In this document: piece after piece, positions 40,001 through 52,000 of the stretch | Layout of the letters: each line of letters starts with the position of its first letter | Position numbering within the stretch: the stretch's first letter is position 1 | Translations under genes and position numbers: made by a program | Notes under the pieces: generated by a model | The model's input: only the letters and a program-made list of their open reading frames with translations | The model's database searches: none | What the model was told of the DNA's origin: nothing | Assembly: GCA_030141605.1 (NCBI GenBank) | Contig: JAQGDQ010000063.1 | Location: forward strand, 124,001 to 188,000 | DNA length: 64,000 nucleotides | Reading direction: 5' to 3' | From: Tubiluchus corallicola | Taxonomy: Eukaryota > Animalia > Priapulida

Positions 40001-43000
40001 CCGTGCTATCTGGGAAGCTTGGATACCAACGAACTTAGAGAACAAAACAAAAATATACCTGGGAGGAATGTTTCCCATATCTGGACCTTCGTGGAAGCAA
40101 CCTGGCATTGTGCCTGGTAAGTAAATTTATCTTTTCTACCATGTTTCAAAAACTAATGAAGCTATTTTATCGTAGCAAAATGTTATTTTATTTATGAAGT
40201 AACAACTAGTCACATTTATGCGTATTTGCTTTTTTAGCTGTTCATATGGGATTGGATGCCGTAAACAGTAACACCAAGATCCTTCCTAATCATGAACTGG
40301 CAGTTCTAGTTCATGATAGTCAATGTCAGCCAGATATAGTTATGAAAATATTCATTCGTTACATCACCAACACTACCCACAAAATAGCTGGTATTATTGG
40401 TGAGTAAATTGTGCTGTTAAACAGTCTATTTGTAATAACAGGAGTATTTATTTATGAGATGTTAAAGAACTTTTTTCAGTAAACGATAATGTCACGGGCT
40501 TTTTTGAACTTTTATTGAAATTCGTTACTTTGAATCCATGATAGCGTTTGCCATGCTAGTGGCCTCCCAACTGTCAACTCAAGTCTTTGATGACTTTTAG
40601 TTGCAGGCAGCATTTTAATCTAGCAATTAAAAGCTGATAATTACTGTTTTGAACCTACTACTGCATCTGCTTTTTTTCAAAATACTCTGAAAGAAGGTGC
40701 CCAGTGTGTTAGTCAGCACTGTTAGGCATGCATCTGATATCCACAACTAGCATGTGAATGTGTGGATTATTTTTATCGATTAGTTTGTAGTTGGGATTAC
40801 AAAAGTTTGTGATCTTGCAGCACACTTTTACATGTAGTCATTTGTTCATTATTGTTGTCAAAACTCATAAAACATTTTTGTTTGAACTGACATTTGGTGA
40901 ATAGGCATTTTGTTTAAGGTTATCAGTTTATCTCTTGCAACTGAGAGGTGGGGAAGAATTGCACTTTACTATAGAACAAGATATTTAGTATACTGCATCA
41001 GTAATTTGATCTATAAATGGTTTGTGACTTGCTTACAAAGCACTACTGTTTCCTAGTTTAATTATTTTTACTCTTCAGGTCCAGGCTGTTCTGATACAGT
41101 GGAGCCCATTGCTGGTGTGGCCAAACATTTTAATACTGTGATTATTAGCTATAGTGCTGAGGGTGGTCTCCTAGATCGTGAGAATTATCCGTACTTCTTC
41201 CGCACATTGCCTTTCAACAGTGTTTACAGGTATGCTTGTAAGGGAGTGCAGTTTTATTGCATTAACTTCTTTACTGTTAAAATGACGCTTGTTCAGAGTT
41301 GGTGTAAGTAGTACTGGAAAGGTAAGTCGGTGTAGCTTATTAACACACCTGTCATTGAGTGTTGACTATTTGTGGTGTAAATTATGTGATGTCATGACAA
41401 GTCTGTAATTCTTTTGACTAAATATGATCTAAAGCATGTTTTAATTCTATATGGCAAACAAATTGCAATATATTGTACTGTTGGAATCGTATTCAGTACC
41501 CAATTTTCCTCTTCTATATAGATTTTAAAGATTAGTAATAATTGTGTATTGAATGATACCATATTTTTGCATCATGTTTTCTCCCACACAAAGTAAGATT
41601 AAATGTACCCTTCTCATGAACAAATTGCTTTAAATTTTCATTTGTTTCCATTTCAATCAAAGCATTCAATAGTAGCTAAACTCTATAAATGCTTTTCAAT
41701 TGTTTTTTTCTTTTTTAAGTTTTATTTCAATTGTACCATGTAGATTTAGATGTACAGTTGAATTTAATTTACAGTTGCAAATTTGTTGCACTAATTTCTT
41801 TTTAGTAATCTGTACAAAGCTGAAACGACAAATTTCATGTATATCTTCTGTAGTATATATGACTATTGACCAATAAAGATGTCTATGTCTATCTCCAAGA
41901 CTGCAGAGTTAAGATAGTCAAATTTGCCAAATCTTCTAACTTAAGATAAACACCTCGTTTCACTTCAAGTGTCTAATCTCACACCTTTCATTTTACATGT
42001 TAAAGTAGGCATTTTCAACCTGCCTATTCACCCTTTGCATTTGTATTCTAACCATGCAGCAGTTTTACTTATTGTAGCATTGCCATAGTTGCTTCTGAAA
42101 ATTCATCTACATTTATTCTTGCATGTATTCATTCTTGCATGATTATTTTCATTTGTCATTTTTTTTTCAGTTATGTGTATTTAAAATTGTTCAAACGGCT
42201 AGGATGGAGGCAGATGGCTGCACTAACTGAAGACGGTAACAAATATCCGGAGTACATCAGCCTTCTTGCCACTGTCATGCGTAAAAATGGAATCAACTTA
42301 GTGTTGAATGGAAAGTTCCCACGTACCAAAGGAAAAGCAAACATGTCAACGGTATTGCCTCATTTTATTTTACAACTTTTAATATTGCAACTTGTAAGAG
42401 ATTGAGTGATTGATTGATTGTTTATTGACTAGAAAGAATTACATAATAAAAACGTATTACATAATAAAGAATTACATAATAAAAATAATTACATAAGAAT
42501 TACATTACATACTTTAATTCAGCAAACACTTAAACAAAATACAAGACTAATATATGTACATTGTACATAGCACTTAGGCTGAATATCACAAACACAACTT
42601 CTGGTTGCAACAAAATATCGAAAAATTCTTTTTATTGCTAAATAGGATTTATTATATTAATAATACTCCTTTTGCATAATATTGTATTTAATTGAAAACA
42701 AAACTGATTTCATACTTATCTATGCAAATCTTAAACATGGGGCACTATACTTAAGGAATGTCGCATTCATAGGCATACCTCATCAGATTTGACTATACAC
42801 CTTCAGACATTCAGAGACATACTGAATAGACAGTTTAACATCTGTCTTTTGGAAAATGTCTGCCAACGAGGTAACATTTACTTGCAAAATCATTAATTTG
42901 ATTTTCTGTAAATTCATATTTGCATCAATCTTGTGACTTTGTGTTCATAGGAGTCAATTACAGTAATTACTATGTGTTTATGAAACTTGTTGGTTTTCTG

Positions 43001-46000
43001 CAAAGCTAGTTTCTGTTTTGTAGTTACTGGACACAGTGAAGCAGAAAAACGCACGTATCATCATAGGTGATTTTCCGGAATATGCTGCCCGAGCTATCAT
43101 GTGCGAGGCATTTAAAAAGGTATTACTATTTTGACTTTGATTACTGAAATATTTCTTTCAATATTTGTTTATGGAATAACATATTTTGTTGTTTAGAATT
43201 ACGCTGTTATTGATGTTGTGCATTTCCATTCTTGTGAAATCTGCTGCTTGCTTCTTTTCATATTTGCTGCTCTTCGAATCAATCTACCAAAACTTCTTGT
43301 GCGTCAAACAGCACACAATGACTTATAAGGGTTTTAACTACAATATGACCTGCTTTAAAATAAAAAAAAGTTTAAAAAAGGCTTTGCATGCTTTGTGGCT
43401 TATATTTATTAAATCGTATTATCTTTATTCACAACGAAATTCTGACTTGAAAATGAAAACAATTTCTTTATAATGGTTTTAGACCGTTATTTAGTCGAAT
43501 ACTACAAACTGCTTGTTGCTGCATTATTGCTGATATAGTACACTTATATTTGGTCACTAGGAGAGATTAATCACTTTCGTTGAACTGTTCCTACTTTCTT
43601 TGAACTATAACTACTTTCACTGAACTGTTCCCTACTTTCATTGAACTGTTCTTACATCTGTTGAACTGTTCCCTACTTTCATTGAACTGTTCCTACTTCA
43701 TTGAACTGTTTCCTACTTTCATTGAACTGTTCCTACTTCATGGAACTGTCCCTACTTTCATTGTATTTTTCCGTACTTTCATTGAAGGTTTTTAAAAATT
43801 ATGCCAAGGCTTTTTTATTCGGTAATACGGTTTGCAATGTGATTAACAGATGTACTACACTGATCACATCTAACACGCTTGATGAGTAAGCATGTTAGAT
43901 TTTGTACAGGTACCTTATTTAATGGAAAATTCCTAACACTAGATGTCTCACAAGTCACCATACATTTTACATTTTGTATTTTTTAAAGTGCAAAGCAAAA
44001 TCTTTGAAGATATGTATAGATAAATTAAACTTTTGAGAATTTTTTTAGTTAAATTAGCTGAAAATACTAAAAGAACTACTTCACTACAAGACTTCTATGT
44101 AAGCCACTTTTTTATATCATTTGAACTAATGATTAACACATGTATTTCCAATGTCAACATTTTAAGTGAAATGTTTGTGTAACAATATAATTATTATTTC
44201 AACTTCATGAAGAAGTCTTGATCTTGTTCTAGAAGCTTCTCTTGATGTAGGTTAGCCTCTAAAAAAATCACGAGAGTCAAACCTGTCAGTTCACAGTGTT
44301 TAACTCTAGAGTGGCTCAGTGACCAACACATCAGTTCTGTGGCCTAGCTAATTGGGGAGCAACCACTCCGCCGAGCACATTTTTCAAAAATGGTGTCTTT
44401 TCAAGAAGCTGCCTTGTTGCTTTATTTGACCAACTTGCCTTTCATGTTTTTGAAAATTAATGAGCATGCTTTTACTCATATGTAAAGGTTGACCGATTGA
44501 ACCAAGGATCAAATTGCACCCTATCCAATTATTATAACATATTCCTGCAACGTGCTGATAATGTCTGTTGTGGCATCGGCAAACGTATAATTGTTACGTG
44601 TCGCAGCACGTCTTTGGTATGTGTCATGGTGCCTCTTTTATGTGCCTGCTCCCCCTAACTTTAGAACCCGGCTGTGCCTCTGCATCAGCTGGGTAAGCAA
44701 AATGTTGAGATATTCTCAATTACAGTTGTTCTGTCATACCAGAGTTTTTTTAGATTAGGGAAAATGAAAACTAATAGACTTCATTGGGTATATTGACATG
44801 AGACATTCTATAATTTTGTGTTTTTTTGTTGTGTATTTTACTTTGGAACATTTTGCTTAGCAGTGGCACTTGTCATTGTTTTGTCAGCCATATTGAGCTA
44901 TGTCTTAGAAGTCGAAGTTTGCTTGCAGTAGCATTACTTTTACTTTTGCAGAAAATGACTGGACACGATGGTTATGTTTGGTTCTTGCCACGGTGGTATG
45001 TTACGCGATGGTTTGATACAGACTTATATAACAACATTGAGGGAGGTTTACGTGAGAATGTAAAATGTAATACCACTGAGATACTGTATGCCATGGAAGG
45101 TCACCTAAGTCTCACCCCAGCATTTTTTGATGAGGATTCGACTACAGTGGCTGGACAGATGACCGTCAAGCAGTTTAAAGAAAAGTATCAGAAACTACTC
45201 GATGCTGAGGTACATAGAGATGATTTGCGTATTGTGTCAAGTGTTTGCAATAGTGTAAAGTAGATAGGTGATAGTTGTCATTTGTCATGAAAAATCCAAG
45301 TTATCTGAACAGTAGATATGGATTAATGGGAACTGAATTATCACAGTTGGATTTTCTGGGCAGTTTTACCACGTTTGCTTCTAGTAAACATGTTTACAGC
45401 ATCAGACTTACTAACCGTTTGACTTAAAAATGAGTGTGAAATGTGAAAAAGTTCCTGGCCGCTGCCATGTGACTAAGGGGACAAATTCTGCGCCTGAAAG
45501 TTTTGCTTTTTTGGGTATCAAAATCAAATTATCAAAAAATTAAGACAAAAAATTAAGGTATTTTTTTGGATATTACTGAGCTTTCTTGTGCTATTATTGC
45601 AGTTCACGATGCTTTATATATTAATACGTTCTTTTGTACACATGAAAAGAATCCAAAAATGCTTAATTTTCAATAATTGTAATACCTTTTAGTGTAACAT
45701 ACATTTGTGAGACTCTTAAATGCTACTGTATTATTAACAGTAGTTCTACTAGTTGTGTTGTTGTAGTTACTGATGGCGAAGGAAGCCAGGCCATTTGTAA
45801 ACTTGCGTGTGAAGTGTGTGAAGTTTTGGAATGCATGTTAACCGAAATTTTGTGTTTGTGCTTGTGTAAAGAACTTGAAGTGCATGTGATGTATAACTAA
45901 TGCTTGAGAGTTGGAAAGTCTGCAGCATTTACAATTTTATAGGATGATAACATCAAGGATGAGAGATCAGAAATTCATTTACAGGTGGACTTTTTCTAGA

Positions 46001-49000
46001 AAGTGTAAGAATAGTAAAGCTTGATTTGCCAAATAGTATAGAATGTTTTTGTAAAATTTAGATTAGAGTTAGTTACTAGTTACTGTGTATTCTGTATTAT
46101 TTACAGGATAAAGATTTTGGTAATTACGCTGGAATGGCTTATGATACAGTCTGGGTATATGCATTTGCTTTACATAAGCTTCTGAACCATGATCCTAGCT
46201 CGCTGGAGTCAATAACTAGTGCCAACACAATCAAGTAAATCTAATATTCATCTTATTATTTTATTATCAAGAGTAGCACAATTTGCAAATTCTGGTTGTG
46301 TTGTTTTTTACAATTGGATACATGTACGAGAAATATTAAATTTTGTTAGTAAGAGCAGCTTTTTAAGTTAGATCTAGAATGTAGAAAGAATGACCAAGCA
46401 GTGGGCATCTGCAGAGTGGCATATGTGCAACGATGATGACTTTTATAAAGGATTATTAATTATGATGAGAAGTTATTTTAATGGCTTTTTAAGTGATTTG
46501 TATGTCTATACAACTTGTTTATATTAAGCGATTTTCACTGTTGTAAGTGAAAATAAGAACCTTTCAAATATGCCACAGTTGTGAACTTTGTATAGTACAT
46601 TGATTTACTAATGACAGTAAGCAAAAGAACACATTTGCTGCTTTATCAGAATCTTTTATTTTGCTTTCTTTCATTGTTATCTTATTTGAGTCATTATTTT
46701 TTTGTTAGAAAGTACATGCAATTTCTCGAGGAGACCAACTTTCAAGGCGTGTCCGGACACGTTATGTTCAATGGTCCTAGCCGTGTGGGTAAAATACAGG
46801 TGCTGCAGAATTGGAAGAATAGCAGTGAGCTGATTGGAACGTGAGTTTTCAATCACTATTGAACCGTCACTATTCGGTATTAATTCGCTAACTTCGTATA
46901 GTGGGTATAAAAAGTTGTTTTACTTCCTACTGAAAACAAGTAGCATTTGTTGCACATTGCTATTTTTTCATAACTTATGCACAGTAACGCGTGAGGTATA
47001 CTGTACATCTCTGGAAATTTAAGTTTTTGTTTGCTGTAATTAAACTATTGTTTTTCGTCTGTTGGAGTCAAATATTACATCACAAAAGTGAGTGAGACTC
47101 CTTCCCCTAGCTTAAATGCAATTAGAAAATTTTTAATAACAAACATTTATACATGTTGATCATAACTCGGCAAACTGAATTACTTCGTACTCTCAGTTTA
47201 ATAAATCTGCTTTTAGTTTTTAAAAGGTTAAATATCTTGTTTTTAAAATTTTCGAAAGATTGCTTATTAGCATAGAGGAAATGAGTTTTTGGAAAAACAG
47301 AAACTGAAGTAATTTGAATTGCAGTTAAATGAGTTGAACTATCAAATTGCCAAGCAAATAACTTGTTTTTGACTTTATTTAAATAAAATATGAGAGATGT
47401 TGTTAATAACGATGCATAAACAGTCAATAATGAAATCCAATATTTCTGTCTCAAAATGAAATTGTAGCTGTAACTAAATTAGCCATAATTTTTGAATGTA
47501 GCTTGTTTCTGTATCTAATTAATAGTTTAATAAATTAATGTATTAAATTAAAATTCAAAAGTTTTATATTATCATTGTTGCTCATTAAACTTTAAAACTG
47601 CCATCATGAGTTGACATTGTTATTCGAGCTTTAAAAGATGCCTGGCAATTCTACTGATTTTGCTGCAAATGCACTTTAACATTATTTTGTACTTTTACTC
47701 TGGAATTATTGTATTATGCATGACAATGTTCTGTGCTTGCACAGACATGTAAAACATATCTGTGTTTCCAGGTATCAAATGGATAAAGGTGAGAAGCAGA
47801 ATGGCACTTTGGAGCTGAATGAATCAAATATTGTGTGGTTAACACCTGACGGTACTGTTCCAACAGACGGGATACCTGGTATGTGTTTGTTAACGAGTTT
47901 GAACTAACTGATCTGAAGTAGATTTCATTCGTTCTCTCAAAAATTACCTTTTCGTACTCTACAATAACTCAGCTTCTTACAGTTTGCTGAGACAGTTTAA
48001 TGATTTATGATAGGGATTTGCAGCAGTTGGCAGTTGCTTTAAAATAAAAGCATTTGAATGTAAAATGATTCATAGTTACAAAGATGTGTAACTTCTCATC
48101 AACTGTGCTGTATTGCTTGCACTAATGTTACCTCTTAAAGCTAACGTTTTGCAAGGCTGTCACATTATACAATGTACTTAGTCTTATGTGTCAAATATAC
48201 TATAGCAAGTTTTGTTTTAATTTTATAGAAGGGGAGGTATGCTCTATAGAAGGTTTTCGGGCGGTACTGGGTGTCAGTTGTGATGTAGCTATTCTTATTG
48301 CCAATATACTTGGTATTGGTTCACTAGCTCTAGTCATGTGTGCAGTATTCTTTGTACTTAAGAAAAGGTAAGTGCTAACATTATACGAAAGCAACATTAT
48401 TCTAATCGTTTGCCTTTACATTTTTGTCTTATACTATAGATTTCAATGTAAAGGTGTTTCTTCATATGAACACTAATTCAACAGTTTACTTATTTAATTG
48501 CAGCACTAAGTATGTGATTTAACTGACGCGTTAGACATGAAATTACTTGAATAAACTGACTTTTTACACATTTTGTCAGATATGAGAAGCAGGTACTTGC
48601 TACACAGAACCGTATGAAGGAGCTTGGTCTAATGTCTCCCGATATGCTAGCACTTGATGAATGGGAGATGCCTCGAGATCACGTAGTCATCAATCGAAAA
48701 ATTGGTGAAGGTGCATTTGGCACAGTCTACGGTGGTGAGGCCTACTTTGACCACATCGGCTGGGTGGGTGTGGCTGTGAAAACGCTCAAGATTGGTTCCA
48801 CTGCTGAGGAAAAGGCAAGTTTTGGGAGGGGGAGTGGTGTTATGATTTGTTGATTAGATAAGAAGGATTAAATGAGTAAGATTTAGCACTTTTGTCAACT
48901 TTCAAATACATTCTTCGTTGATTTCTCTGAAGAAATAGTGTTTTCTCATGTTAAAAAATGGTCATATAACTAGAAAAAAAGAATCACCATTGTAGCAACA

Positions 49001-52000
49001 TCTTTTTACCCTTTGAGAAACACATAATTTATGTCATTTTAATAAGGTTTTTTCTTGAATTTGAAATTTTCTTTTGACTGCTTCTAGCTGGACTTCCTCA
49101 GTGAAGCAGAAATGATGAAGAGATTTGATCACAAGAACATTGTTCAGCTGTTAGGTGTGTGCACTAGGGGTGAACCAGCATACATGATATTAGAACTCAT
49201 GCTGTATGGTATGTAATTCACTTTTTAATATAAGGTCAGCTATTGAGTGTATGTGTGCAGGATGCGTTTTAAGACTTGAAAGAAGCTGCTGCTTTAGGAG
49301 GGACAAAAGAGGGATAGATGCTGGACTTGTGTGGCGGGTTACGCGATAACTACTTGTAGCTCAATAGTGATACTACTTGGCATGCTGCAAAAACTTTTTG
49401 GTGCCTGCAAACATATCTCTGTCTCTGCAAACACAGTGAGTGTTTGTAATGTAGCAGTAGCACCACTAGTTATATAAAAAATAAATAAATTGTTACTTGA
49501 GCACATTTTCACACTTTTTATTTCGAACCTGAACTCTTTTTTTAAATAATTCATGTTTATTTAAAGCTTATCGTGGTCTGTTAACAGTAGGCATTAATCA
49601 AACTGTGTGTAACTTTAAACAAGGGATGTTTCGGGCTTGCACCTGAAATCGGCAAGTCAGAGTAGGTATTAGGCTTCTGTGATGAAATTACTGTGACTAC
49701 AATGTAAGAAATTCTTCAGAATCTTAGTGGAGTTCACATTGCATCTTTTAGTGTAGTGCACCGGATACTTAATTACGTTTGAGTGCTTGCCCGCCCAGGT
49801 GGCTGTGGCAACTAACCTACAGACGGAAAGCTGTTTTACACCACCCAACTCGCCCTTAATATGCCAGAATCTTCATTATTTGGCTACTGCTATGTTCATC
49901 CAATTACATATAATCTGACTGTATGAGTATATGTTGGCTACTAATCAAGCTCACATAGTAAATGTGTTTTGACTACAGTTACTAAAAATCATCATACTGT
50001 TGATAAAATTAAGCCTTTTGTAGGAAAGTGGAAATATAAATACATATCTGGTAAAAAGAATTCCTAACTAATTTGATAGTTATAAGTTGAAGCAGCTAAA
50101 ATCTTGTTGTTAGGTTTGCAATGCAGCAGCTATTAACATAGTTTACTTATTAGGACATGTAATACAGAGTGGATTAACACATTATTTTTAGTTCTATTTT
50201 CTAATTAGTGTTACTTAATTATAGGTGTCAAATGAGGTGACAATTGGCCAAGAGCAGTTTTGCTAAAATCCATAACACACTAGACAAAATCTGTGTGCAA
50301 TAATGTGGATCTGCTAGTGTGTACTCTCATCGAAGGCTGTTTTTCCAGCTTTTCTCTACACAAATTTATATTTAACATGTTCAGTTTTCTGTTTCACACA
50401 AATTCATCCTGCTTCAGCATGCAGGCTGGCACAAAAATTTGCATCGGACAAAACCAGGTCAGATCAATAAAATATCAATTGTTTGTCATGTGGCACGTAC
50501 TAAATGTTTACTGCAGTTCTCCAAACAAAATGGCTTCATACAAAAATTACCGTGCGCATACAAATTTTGTATGAAACAGTTTTCACCACACAGTTTGCTG
50601 CATACAGATTTTTTTGCCATGTCTGACTAGTAGTGTATAATTTGATTGGTCTTCCGTTGTGTAAATAGGTAAAGGCGTACAGAGATGAATAAAAAGCTTT
50701 TTTATTAATAAAGGTGATTTGAAAAAGTACTTGCTGGCTCGGAGACACCTAGTGGACAATCCACACAGTGACGAAGCGGCTGATATTTCTTACCGAAGAC
50801 TCACACAGATGGCACTGAATGTAGCATGTGGGCTCAGCTACCTCGCAAATATTAAATATGTACACAGGTGTGTGATCGCGAAAATGATTAACTTAATGAA
50901 TAGACACAAAAGAATCTTTAAATTCTGTTTTCAGTGTGGCACTCATAGAAATGTTACTGGCTGTTGTGTTCTTTTTCAATTTATTGCATTCCTCATCTGA
51001 AATACAGTAAGTCCTTGTTTAAAGCTGCTAATGCGTTTCAGCAAAATGTGACGTTGAATGATATGTCGTTAAATGAAGTCATGCCTGCATAAGAAGCAGT
51101 GTAAAAGCATGCAATTGCTTTAACAAAATCAAATAGTGCTTAGCTCATAAAAATGCAGGTAACTGTGTGACCTGCGCAACTTGTGACTGATCAACTTTTA
51201 CGATCGCAATTTAATTAATTAATCAAAATTAATTATGATTCTCGTTACCTTCTGTTTTTAAGTGTAGTAACTTTAAATCGCCATCTATTTTGATAAATTC
51301 ATCCATGGGCGTCGCCATACTTAGTGCATTACATACACAACATCTGACTTGTAGAAGCACTTTACTTCAAATTACATGTCTGACTTCTGTCCAACTTATC
51401 TTACCATTGATCTTTACACATTAAAGCCAAACTATGCTAAATGGAGAGTCATCAAGTAGGAAACTGTTCTCCCCAAAATATTTTTATAATGACATGCTTT
51501 GTATTGGTCCTGTTTTAGGGATGTAGCTTGCAGGAATTGTCTAGTAAATGCCGGACGTGCAGTGAAGATTGCTGACTTTGGAATGTGTCGCCCAATGTTT
51601 GATTCAGATTATTACAGATTCAACAGACGTGGTACGTTAAGTCATAGAAATACTAGGTTTTTTTTTTCATGAAAGTGTAATAGATTGCAACATTATGAAT
51701 GCCAAGTTGTGGTATTACTTGATACATTAAGTTTCTTTGTGGAAGAGCGCCTAACAGCTTTGGGGTTTTGAATTGAACACTCATTGTAACCAGTCCTGGT
51801 TGTGGATCCTAGCATTAACAACCATTGGTTGTAATTCATATCAGTGTAAATGTTATTCAAAGGAGAGAATCGTTAGAAGAAATGTGAGCTTGACAGTTTT
51901 GCAGTCGTAAATCTTTTGGGAGATAGTTCATTTGAGCTTTTTAAATTATGATCATTTAAATTGTTATTAGGAATTGTATTCTTGGTAAAAAATGATGATA

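Noticed and set aside
39831-47878. Separate GABA-B receptor or receptor guanylyl cyclase gene
   Set aside because: The VFT is followed by a single TM and an intact tyrosine kinase, with no 7TM or cyclase domain
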